Shown: positions 56,572-64,000 of the stretch, piece by piece | Position numbering within the stretch: the first letter of the stretch is position 1 | How the letters are laid out: every line of letters starts with the position of its first letter | NCBI GenBank assembly: GCA_902550225.1 | Contig: CACCYL010000004.1 | Coordinates: 26,975-90,974, forward strand | DNA: 64,000 nt | Direction: 5' to 3' | Source: an uncultured Alphaproteobacteria bacterium | GTDB taxonomy: Bacteria; Pseudomonadota; Alphaproteobacteria; Methylaequorales; Methylaequoraceae | The notes under the pieces: generated by a model | Seen by the model: the letters and a program-made list of their open reading frames with translations, nothing else | Databases searched by the model: none | What the model was told of the DNA's origin: nothing | Position numbers and translations under genes: made by a program

Positions 56572-57482
56572 GTTTTTATCTTCCGATTGCCGAAATTCAA
56601 ATTAATTTATTGTTAATTCTATTTTTTGGTTTCTTAGTAGGATTCATGTCTGGTTTATTTGGAGTTGGAGGAGGATTTTTAATGACACCATTACTAATTT
56701 TTATGGGGATTCCACCAGCTACTGCTGTGGGGACAGAGTCTGTTCAAATACTTGGCTCGTCTGTATCAGGCGCTATGGCCCACGGTATAAAAAAAAACAT
56801 AGATTATGAAATAGGAATTTTCTTACTTATCGGCGGGATTTTTGGGTCAACTGTTGGTGTTATATTATTCAATTTTTTAAAAGAGTCTGGAAATATCGAT
56901 TTAATAATTAAGTTTTTGTATATTCTATTTTTAGCGATTATTGGAACTTTAATGTTAATTGAGAGCACAATATCTCTTGTTAGTGAAAAAAAAATTGACT
57001 CCTCTTATAAAAAGAAGAAAAGAAGTTTCTTGGACTATCTGCCACTAAAATTGAAGTTTAGACAATCTAAAATTTTTATCTCAATCTTGCTCCCAATTTT
57101 TGTTGGAATATTTGTTGGGCTATTATCAGCATTCATGGGAGTTGGAGGTGGATTTGTAATGGTTCCTGCAATGATATATCTATTTGGAATGGGAACTGTT
57201 GTGGCAATTGGTACTTCATTATTTCAAATCGTTTTTGTTACACTAAATGTTTCAATTCTTCATGCTACTTTTAACTATTCGGTAGACTTAATATTAGCAA
57301 TTTTTTTACTTATTGGGGGTGTGATTGGTGCTCAATATGGATCAAAATTTACATCTAGATTTAAAGGAGAACAAATTAGAATCTTACTTGCCTTAATAGT
57401 ATTAATTGTATGTATTATGATGGGTATAGAGTTAGTAAGTGAACCAAATGCAAACTCCAGGATCATATTACAAAATGTTTAG
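56568..57482 (+). CDS. TauE/SafE (DUF81) family anion exporter
   Basis: 304 aa, two homologous halves each with GVGGGF.M.P. Confidence 0.8.
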   Translation: MSFYLPIAEIQINLLLILFFGFLVGFMSGLFGVGGGFLMTPLLIFMGIPPATAVGTESVQILGSSVSGAMAHGIKKNIDYEIGIFLLIGGIFGSTVGVILFNFLKESGNIDLIIKFLYILFLAIIGTLMLIESTISLVSEKKIDSSYKKKKRSFLDYLPLKLKFRQSKIFISILLPIFVGIFVGLLSAFMGVGGGFVMVPAMIYLFGMGTVVAIGTSLFQIVFVTLNVSILHATFNYSVDLILAIFLLIGGVIGAQYGSKFTSRFKGEQIRILLALIVLIVCIMMGIELVSEPNANSRIILQNV

Positions 57483-58200
57483 AAGAGTATTTATAAAAAT
57501 CATATTTATATTTTTTGCGATTTCGTTTTTCAAAGAATCTAGTTCTGAGTCATTAATCTTTGATTTATCAGATAGATTTATTGAAATTTCAAAAGATAAA
57601 GTTAAGCCTGACTTCACAATTTTTGGATTTACAGATTCTGAAAGTTCTTTAGTTCTAAAGATTAAAGGACCAAACCAGAAAGTTATTTTACAAAATAAGA
57701 AAAAGATTTTTGGAATGTGGTCATGGAATAAAACTGGAGAATTTGTTTACCCCGGTCTATTTCACTACTACACAAATAAAAATGATGATGAAATTGATTT
57801 TGAAGTGAAAAAAGATTTATTTGATAATGTTAAACTTGTAGGAGAAGACAACGATAATCTTAAAAGAGATCTAATTAAAAAGAAAATGTCACTGGGTTTA
57901 TTTTTAATTAAGAATAATTCATTTGAGGTGGTAAACAAGAAATTACCTAACTTTTTTAAAATTCCGGTTAAACTTCCAAAAAATGCTCCAGAGGGAGATT
58001 ACACAGTATCATTGAATATAATCGATAGTATAAATAATTTTGAAAGTAAAAAAGTAAAAATACAAGTTTATAAACCTGGTTTAAGTTCTTTTATTTTTAA
58101 ATTTGCTCACAATTTCTCATTTATGTATGGACTCTTTTCTGCTATAATTGCAATTAGTTTAGGTCTATCAGCAGGATTATTATTTAGAAAATACTTATGA
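57475..58200 (+). CDS. Alphaproteobacterial putative transmembrane protein (Alph_Pro_TM/TIGR02186-like)
   Basis: Signal-like N-terminus from the ATG at 57475, a large soluble domain and a C-terminal TM. Conserved pairing with the preceding DUF81 gene, as I recall for alphaproteobacteria. Confidence 0.5.
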   Translation: MFRRVFIKIIFIFFAISFFKESSSESLIFDLSDRFIEISKDKVKPDFTIFGFTDSESSLVLKIKGPNQKVILQNKKKIFGMWSWNKTGEFVYPGLFHYYTNKNDDEIDFEVKKDLFDNVKLVGEDNDNLKRDLIKKKMSLGLFLIKNNSFEVVNKKLPNFFKIPVKLPKNAPEGDYTVSLNIIDSINNFESKKVKIQVYKPGLSSFIFKFAHNFSFMYGLFSAIIAISLGLSAGLLFRKYL

Positions 58201-58667
58201 CAGAAAAAGAACTAACATTTCTTGTCGTCCTTGATGATTCAAAGGAAATATTCAACGCGCTAAGGTATGCAGCTCAAAGATCAGCTAGAACAAATGGCAG
58301 AGTAGCACTTTTATATACTTTTGAAACACTAGAGTTTAGTCATTGGAAGGCAGTTGAAGACATAGCCGAGAGAGAGTCAAGAGAAGAAGCTGAATCCAAA
58401 ATTAAAGAATATGAAAATTATGTTCTAACGTTTTCTCATAAAAAACCCAAGAAATTCATAATGAAAGGTGACAGACTAGAATGTATTATAGAGTTTCTCA
58501 GTGCCAATAAATTTATTTCAAATTTTGTTTTGGCGGCTTCAACGAATAGATCAACCGGAGACCCTTTGATAAGTGCTTTTACCCTAAAACAAAGTGATAA
58601 AATAAAAGTTCCTATAACAATCATTCCTCCACTTTTAACCGAAGAAGAAATTGACAAGTTATCATGA
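58197..58667 (+). CDS. Universal stress protein-like (USP fold)
   Basis: 156 aa. FLVVLDDS start and alternating beta/alpha pattern. Weak family call. Confidence 0.45.
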   Translation: MTEKELTFLVVLDDSKEIFNALRYAAQRSARTNGRVALLYTFETLEFSHWKAVEDIAERESREEAESKIKEYENYVLTFSHKKPKKFIMKGDRLECIIEFLSANKFISNFVLAASTNRSTGDPLISAFTLKQSDKIKVPITIIPPLLTEEEIDKLS

Positions 58668-58685
58668 TTTCATTATTTTAAGATT

Positions 58686-59255
58686 ATGTTTATACAGACT
58701 GAAGAAACCCCAAATCCGGCCACTTTAAAATTTCTTCCTGGTAAGACATTGCTTGCCAAAGGAACTCTAGAGTTTAAATCTCCTGAAGAGGCCACAACTA
58801 ACTCTCTTGCCAGCAAGTTATTTGCTGATGAAAACGTAAAGGGTGTTTTTATTGGAAAAGATTTTTTGACTGTGACCAAATCTGAATCAGTAGAATGGGA
58901 AATCTTAAAACCTACTTTATTGTCATCAATTTTAGACTATTTTACTTCTGGCGGGGAAATTGAAAATTTTGAATTGGAGACCAAATCAAAAGAAAAGAAA
59001 ATAAAATATACAAAAAAAGATCAAGAAATTGTTAATAAAATAAACGAACTACTTGAAGAAAGAATTAAACCTGCTGTTGCTCAAGACGGAGGTGATATAA
59101 ACTTTGTGAAACTTCAAAAAGGAATTGTGTTTCTTGAACTTAGAGGTGCTTGCTCTGGATGTCCTAGCTCAACAATAACATTAAAATCTGGAATCGAAAA
59201 TATGCTTAAATATTATATTCCTGAGATTCAATCAGTTGAAGCTATTAACCAATAA
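58686..59255 (+). CDS. NifU-like Fe-S cluster protein (Nfu_N plus NifU C-terminal domain)
   Basis: 189 aa. MFIQTEETPNPATLKF N-terminal domain, C-terminal DGGDI.F.....G.V.L.L.GACSGCPSS. Confidence 0.88.
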   Translation: MFIQTEETPNPATLKFLPGKTLLAKGTLEFKSPEEATTNSLASKLFADENVKGVFIGKDFLTVTKSESVEWEILKPTLLSSILDYFTSGGEIENFELETKSKEKKIKYTKKDQEIVNKINELLEERIKPAVAQDGGDINFVKLQKGIVFLELRGACSGCPSSTITLKSGIENMLKYYIPEIQSVEAINQ

Positions 59256-60208
59256 TGGATAAAAGTAAGGCAATTTACAGAAACCTAGTGGTTCTTCTGG
59301 TTTCATTTATCTGTATTAATTTGGCTGTGGGATTTTATAGAAGTTTTTCAAATATAAAAAATATTGGAAATACTTCAATCAGCTTTACAGTTCAAGACAA
59401 ATCGATGCTAGCCTATATGAATAATGAATCAAAGGTCGATTTTATTGGTAAAGCAAATGAAATGATTGATATTTTTGAGAAATATAATTTTTCTGTTGAG
59501 TCTTTTCTAAATGACCAATCATCAAATTTAATTATTTTCTCTAGCTGGCCTAATGATTTTCTAAATATAAAGTCAGTCAATAAAAGGAAGAAATTATTTA
59601 TAAATACATTATTACCAATAATTTTTGTAGAAAATAGAAAAATACTAGAGGAAAGAAAAAGAATTCTTGATTGGTGGAATCAATCAGGAGGGGATGTCGC
59701 TTCTAGAGAATTTTGGCCCAATTGGCTATTTGACCTTAGTGAAAAATATGACTACACAGAATCGAGTATTGGAAATTTACTTGTAAGGGTTGATATAGTT
59801 CCTCTTTCCTTGGTTCTATCTCAAGCCGCTATTGAAAGTGGATGGGGAAGCTCGCGTTATTTGAATGAGGGAAATGCTATTTTTGGACAATATACATTTG
59901 ACAGAAAAAAAGGCATTAAACCCAGAGATAGAGAAATTGGAAAGAAATTTTTTGTTAAGAAATTTCCCACACTTTCAGAATCAGTAAGATCATATTTAAA
60001 AAACATCAATACTCATCTTGCATATGAGGATTTTAGACAAGAAAGAAGGAAATTAAGGATGAGTGGAGAGAGCTTATCAGGAAATGTACTAGCAAATTTT
60101 TTAAAAAATTATTCGGAAAGAAGTCAAGCTTACGTTGATGATTTAAAGCTTCTTATAGAAACAAATAATTTTATGAAATTTGATAAAACTAGTGGACTTT
60201 TAAATTAA
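59255..60208 (+). CDS. Glucosaminidase-domain protein (Bax/FlgJ-like muramidase)
   Basis: 317 aa. N-terminal anchor. LVLSQAAIESGWGSSRY...GNAIFGQ motif of the mannosyl-glycoprotein endo-beta-N-acetylglucosaminidase family. Confidence 0.75.
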   Translation: MDKSKAIYRNLVVLLVSFICINLAVGFYRSFSNIKNIGNTSISFTVQDKSMLAYMNNESKVDFIGKANEMIDIFEKYNFSVESFLNDQSSNLIIFSSWPNDFLNIKSVNKRKKLFINTLLPIIFVENRKILEERKRILDWWNQSGGDVASREFWPNWLFDLSEKYDYTESSIGNLLVRVDIVPLSLVLSQAAIESGWGSSRYLNEGNAIFGQYTFDRKKGIKPRDREIGKKFFVKKFPTLSESVRSYLKNINTHLAYEDFRQERRKLRMSGESLSGNVLANFLKNYSERSQAYVDDLKLLIETNNFMKFDKTSGLLN

Positions 60209-61215
60209 TTTACTCTTTTAATCATTTTTCCATACCAAAAAATTTCTCCATTTTGATCAATATAGGTACAATTTATCCTATACCTAACTCCATTTTTTAA
60301 TTTTGAAAGATATAAGCTAACTCTCTCTCCTTCATCTTTCTTTATCATAGATGCCGAGTTATTAACAAAACAATTAACTAATTCCGAAGGAAATTTTGTA
60401 AGAAAACTAAAATCTAATTCATCTGTATTAACAATTGAGTCATCAAAAGAACTTTCAAATATTTCCAAAGGCTTTGTTTGAATAATCATTTTAAATCTTT
60501 TTAAGCTTCCGAATTCATCATTTAAAGCATATCTTGGGAGACGGTATTGGTTCTGATCTGAGTGAATAGGAGCTGAATGTTGAGAAAAAGCAATCTCATA
60601 ATTTAACATTTTTATTACTTCTTCTATGGTTCTGCTGCTTTCTCCGTAAGGATAAGAGAGAATTTTGGGTTGTTTACCAATTTTTTTTTCAATTTCAATT
60701 TGATTTTGTTCTATTTCTTTTTTTAGTATTTGTAAATCCATTCCCACAAGACTTTCGTGACTTTTAGAATGGTTAAGAATAAGGCCATTGTTCCTAGAAA
60801 CCTCTTTGAGCATTGACCAACTCATAAATTCAGACTCTTCTGCACTAGATACATAATCTGAAGAAACAAAAATGCCAAAAGGAAGTTTATTCTTTTTAAG
60901 AATCGGAAAACCATTTTGAAAAAATGACTTGTAAGCATCATCAATAGTGATAAAAACAGTTTTATTAGTGAGACTGATTTCTTTTTTTAGATACTTTGAA
61001 AGCTCTGTGATTGGAAGAACATTAATGTTTTCCTCAACTAAATATTCAATATGTTTTTCAAAAAGTTCCTGCGAAATATTAGTGCTAGGATATCGATCAT
61101 CACCGATTCTATGATACATAAGTACTGCAATATTTGACTCTTCAGCATTAGCCTTAATTACAATAAAGGAAAGGAAAATAAAAAAAGCTTTTTTAATAAG
61201 TGATTCAAATGTCAT
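60205..61215 (-). CDS. Polysaccharide deacetylase family protein
   Basis: 336 aa. Signal peptide. VLMYHRIG, FITIDDAYKS, NHSKSHE and ILSYPYGE (NodB/PgaB-like blocks). Confidence 0.75.
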   Translation of the reverse strand: MTFESLIKKAFFIFLSFIVIKANAEESNIAVLMYHRIGDDRYPSTNISQELFEKHIEYLVEENINVLPITELSKYLKKEISLTNKTVFITIDDAYKSFFQNGFPILKKNKLPFGIFVSSDYVSSAEESEFMSWSMLKEVSRNNGLILNHSKSHESLVGMDLQILKKEIEQNQIEIEKKIGKQPKILSYPYGESSRTIEEVIKMLNYEIAFSQHSAPIHSDQNQYRLPRYALNDEFGSLKRFKMIIQTKPLEIFESSFDDSIVNTDELDFSFLTKFPSELVNCFVNNSASMIKKDEGERVSLYLSKLKNGVRYRINCTYIDQNGEIFWYGKMIKRVN

Positions 61216-61741
61216 TAACTATAGGGAAGTTTTTGGAGTTATAGAGTTGATAATGCCACCATTCATTTCGAAAGAAATCCCAACCAGCATCAGTCATAAT
61301 ACCCAAGAGCATCAATCTATTTTTATAGGCCTCTTTAGTTATATCCAAACAACCATGATATGAAAGTCTTGAAAATTCGTCAAACCCAGTACCCATATCA
61401 AGTTCTATATTATCAGAATTTACAAGTGTTATGTCAATTGCGACACCTCTTGAATGAGGAGAGCCCTTGTCAGGGGGTGCAATAAAATTTGGATCGGGCA
61501 AACATTCCCATAGCTTTTTTTGGACATAAACAGGTCTGTATGCATCAAATATTTTAATTTTAAGGTTTTGTTTTTTTGCTATCTGAACTGCTAAATCTAA
61601 ATGCTCATAAGCAACTTTATGAATATAGCATTCATTTGATAAAAAAACTTTTTCTTTTGTAAAGTTTTTTGAAGTTGAGTATCTCAAATCAATTAAAACT
61701 TCTAATTTTTTTTTGTTTACTTTGACTAGATTTTGATTCAT
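61205..61741 (-). CDS. ddpX: D-alanyl-D-alanine dipeptidase (VanX/DdpX, peptidase M15D)
   Basis: 178 aa. DLRYSTSKNFT, FDAYRP, SPHSRGVAIDITL and EWWHY zinc-peptidase motifs. Confidence 0.85.
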   Translation of the reverse strand: MNQNLVKVNKKKLEVLIDLRYSTSKNFTKEKVFLSNECYIHKVAYEHLDLAVQIAKKQNLKIKIFDAYRPVYVQKKLWECLPDPNFIAPPDKGSPHSRGVAIDITLVNSDNIELDMGTGFDEFSRLSYHGCLDITKEAYKNRLMLLGIMTDAGWDFFRNEWWHYQLYNSKNFPIVNDI

Positions 61742-61757
61742 TTTTAGATAAAGAAAT

Positions 61758-62393
61758 ATGTTATCATTATCAATTTTTAGTTCAAGTCAAAGAATTTCTG
61801 TAGCACTTTATGAAGGAAAACTACTAAAAAAGTTTTTTGAAAAAATTATTAACGGTAAACAGAACGATTCTATTTTTTTACTAATTAATAAAGTTCTAAA
61901 TAAAAAAATTCAAATTAGTAATATTTTTTTTTCAGTAGGACCCGGAAGTTTTACTGCTCTTCGAGCTCTCAAAGCTATTGCTCAAGCAATCGCATTCTCG
62001 CATAAAGCTAAAATAATTAATGTAACTGAATTTGAAATTTATTTGTCTTGCCTAGAAAATTACGAAAAAAATATTATAATTTTCTATGAAAATTTTAATA
62101 ATAATTTTTTTTATCAGTTATTTAAACATAAAAAAAAATTATACACCCCAGATTCTAATTTTTTAGTAGGAGATTTAGAAAAATTACAAAAGTTTATAAA
62201 TGAAAAAAGTAAAAAGAACAAAGATTTTATTTTAGTTTCTAATTCAAATAAATTTTTTTCAAGTTTAAATTGGGGGGAAAAAAATAAAAAAATAGTTTTT
62301 AAACCTTGCGCCAAAAGAATTGCAAATGCTGTTTTTTCCGGTTATGGTCAAAATAACAAAAGATTGATTTATCACCATACATATTATGAATAA
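61758..62393 (+). CDS. tsaB: tRNA t6A biosynthesis protein TsaB
   Basis: 211 aa. GPGSFTALR motif. Followed by rimI, the conserved tsaB-rimI pair. Confidence 0.8.
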   Translation: MLSLSIFSSSQRISVALYEGKLLKKFFEKIINGKQNDSIFLLINKVLNKKIQISNIFFSVGPGSFTALRALKAIAQAIAFSHKAKIINVTEFEIYLSCLENYEKNIIIFYENFNNNFFYQLFKHKKKLYTPDSNFLVGDLEKLQKFINEKSKKNKDFILVSNSNKFFSSLNWGEKNKKIVFKPCAKRIANAVFSGYGQNNKRLIYHHTYYE

Positions 62394-62847
62394 TTTTTAC
62401 ATTCTACCTTTGAATGAAAATCATTCAAAAGAGATTTTTACTTTACAAGAAAAAAATTTAAGAGATTTCGGAACCAATATTTGGAGTACAGAAGAGCTCG
62501 AAAATTCAATAAAAAACAGTGTTTTCGAGGGATATATATTTACTTCAAATAAAAAAATAAACGGATTTTGTTTTTTTAAAAAAATAGACGACTTTATAGA
62601 GATTTATTCTATTTTCGTTGTTCCTGAATATAGAAAAAAAGGTGTGGCAAAAAATTTTCTAGACTATTGTTTAAAATATTGCAAAAAAAATAAATTAAAA
62701 AAAATCATTCTAGATGTTAATGAGACAAATTTAAACGCGATCAAATTTTATAAAAAACACAATTTTATTTTTAGTGGGAGAAGAAAAAACTATTACAGAA
62801 ATGAAGATACTTTCAATGATTCTTTTACAATGCTTAGAATTATTTAA
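62386..62847 (+). CDS. rimI: Ribosomal-protein-alanine N-acetyltransferase (GNAT)
   Basis: 153 aa. VVPEYRKKGVAKNFL acetyl-CoA motif. 8 nt overlap with tsaB. Confidence 0.75.
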   Translation: MNNFYILPLNENHSKEIFTLQEKNLRDFGTNIWSTEELENSIKNSVFEGYIFTSNKKINGFCFFKKIDDFIEIYSIFVVPEYRKKGVAKNFLDYCLKYCKKNKLKKIILDVNETNLNAIKFYKKHNFIFSGRRKNYYRNEDTFNDSFTMLRII

Positions 62848-62849
62848 TT

Positions 62850-63062
62850 TTATATTAATTCTATCTCGAAGATCTCTTTATTTTTTTCAACAACGTTCAG
62901 TTGGAAATTTTTTTTTAAACTATTGGACAAGAGCTCAAAGTCTTTTCTGCCTTTAATAATTATAATTTTTTTGTTATTAATATTAAGTTTTATAAATTCT
63001 TTTGTTTTTAAAAATGCCATAGGGCATTTAAAATTAGTAACATCTAAAACTTTTTTTTTCAT
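62850..63062 (-). CDS. TusA/SirA-like sulfur carrier protein
   Basis: 70 aa. LDVTNFKCPMAFLKTKE resembles the CPxP active-site loop context of TusA. Confidence 0.5.
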   Translation of the reverse strand: MKKKVLDVTNFKCPMAFLKTKEFIKLNINNKKIIIIKGRKDFELLSNSLKKNFQLNVVEKNKEIFEIELI

Positions 63063-63160
63063 TTGACCCTCTAATATGTTATATTATCTGTGAGACGATT
63101 AATTACTAACAATTCCAAAATAGATAAAATTAAATAAAAATTCAACAATAGGTTTAAAAA

Positions 63161-63577
63161 TTGGAAACATTGATAGATAAATGCAAAAAACTCGGTCTCA
63201 AGTTAACTGAGCAAAGGAAAATTATCGTTAAAGTTTTATCAGATTCTTCAGATCATCCAGATGTTGAGTCAGTGCATAAAAGAGCGGTAAAAATCGACAA
63301 AAGAATTGGTATTGCTACAGTATATAGGACAATCAAGCTGTTTGAAGATAATAATTTACTTGAAAAGCACGAGTTTAAGGGATATAGCTCAAGGTATGAA
63401 ACTGTTAGAGAGAACCATCATCATTTGATTGATATTAAAAGTGGTAAAGTAAAGGAATTTAGAAATACGTTAGTCGATGCTATGCAGAAGCAAGTTGCAA
63501 AAGAGATGGGTTATACGTTAGTAGATTATAGGTTAGAGTTATATGCTGTTCCTGTTAAAAATAGATCAAAAAAATAA
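63161..63577 (+). CDS. Fur-family transcriptional regulator, Cys-less (Mur/Irr-like)
   Basis: 138 aa, TTG start. LTEQRKIIVKVL, IGIATVYRTIKLFEDNNLL winged helix, and HHHLID metal/haem-type motif. No CxxC pairs. Confidence 0.8.
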   Translation: METLIDKCKKLGLKLTEQRKIIVKVLSDSSDHPDVESVHKRAVKIDKRIGIATVYRTIKLFEDNNLLEKHEFKGYSSRYETVRENHHHLIDIKSGKVKEFRNTLVDAMQKQVAKEMGYTLVDYRLELYAVPVKNRSKK

Positions 63578-64000
63578 ACCAAATCAAAATAATTTTTCAA
63601 AAGTTGAAAAATTAAGAGACTTATTAAACAAAGTCAGAATAGCTGCAAAAAAATTATTTTATTTAAAGAAGTGGTCAACAAGCAAAAAATTAGAAGCAAA
63701 CTCATACATTAATACATCATCACAAGTATCTCCAAATTCACGGTTTCTAGACATTGATTTAGGCCGATTTAATTTAAAAATTATTAATGATTCCCATCCA
63801 TTAATTAATCAAGTAAAAGAGTTGAGACAAAAAAGTTTTTTTAAAAATTCTAAAATTAAACAATCTGATTCTGATGAATATGATAAATTTTGTGATCATT
63901 TAGTGGTAATTGATAAGTCCGTGTCAGATGATTTTGTTGTAGGTACTTACAGACTATTACTAAAACCAAAATTACTAGCGAAACAAATATTCTATAGTGA
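63543..64000 (+). CDS. Second OlsB-like aminolipid N-acyltransferase, partial (runs off the window)
   Basis: Not in the ORF track because it is open-ended. The frame from the ATG at 63543 reads MLFLLKIDQKNKPNQNNFSKVEKLRDLLNKVRI...SDSDEYDKFCDHLVVIDKSVSDDFVVGTYRLLLKP. This is colinear with the OlsB-like protein at 33556-34506 (MRFRLKKNNQEKNQ...YDSDEFDKLCDHLVVIDKSISDDYVVGTYRLLLKP). It overlaps the fur-family gene end by 35 nt. Confidence 0.75.
   Translation, partial: MLFLLKIDQKNKPNQNNFSKVEKLRDLLNKVRIAAKKLFYLKKWSTSKKLEANSYINTSSQVSPNSRFLDIDLGRFNLKIINDSHPLINQVKELRQKSFFKNSKIKQSDSDEYDKFCDHLVVIDKSVSDDFVVGTYRLLLKPKLLAKQIFYS

Noticed and set aside
63063-63160. Fur or Irr box upstream of the Fur-family gene.
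   Set aside because: I saw no convincing match to GATAATGATAATCATTATC or to TTTAGAA-N3-TTCTAAA, only generic AT-rich sequence.

Overview
Visibly AT-rich, very gene-dense alphaproteobacterial chromosome segment. Gene content, gene order and many 1-17 nt gene overlaps resemble a streamlined SAR11/Pelagibacterales-type genome; the taxon call is inference. I saw no rRNA, tRNA, CRISPR array, transposase or integrase. 1-21.5 kb is housekeeping: maf-aroE-coaE, holA-lptE-leuS, yggS, lolA-like, rdgB-rph, hrcA-grpE, dnaK-dnaJ, dapB, plus an EamA transporter and a PfkB kinase. 21.5-48.7 kb is one long phosphate-stress neighbourhood: a GT2-GT9 fusion, phoB-phoU-pstBACS, a SixA-like phosphatase, and a five-gene cassette (PhoA-family phosphatase, DUF616, olsA, olsB, PycTM-like membrane protein). 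It continues with an overlapping gap-arsJ-ppk-ppx unit, a small HTH/Fae-like insert, plcP with a GT4::DgkA fusion, a porin and phoR. 48.7-64 kb is housekeeping again: mutS, glnD, murJ, trpS, TauE pair, USP, NifU-like, peptidoglycan-turnover genes, tsaB-rimI, a TusA-like gene, a Fur-family regulator and a second olsB paralog running off the end. An 11-bp-phased TGTCAT/TGTAAC direct repeat (Pho-box-like) recurs in front of at least five transcription units. Best leads: (1) the Pho-boxed gap-arsJ-ppk-ppx unit linking arsenate export to polyphosphate turnover; (2) the plcP-GT4::DgkA lipid-remodelling fusion; (3) ~120-bp direct repeats with a dead 5' gene fragment bracketing the phoA-olsBA cassette; (4) an orphan Fae-like gene behind paralogous HTH regulators with shared palindromic operators; (5) an orphan PycTM-like membrane protein and a DUF616 protein, each behind its own Pho box. 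All family assignments rest on motif recognition by eye, not on searches.
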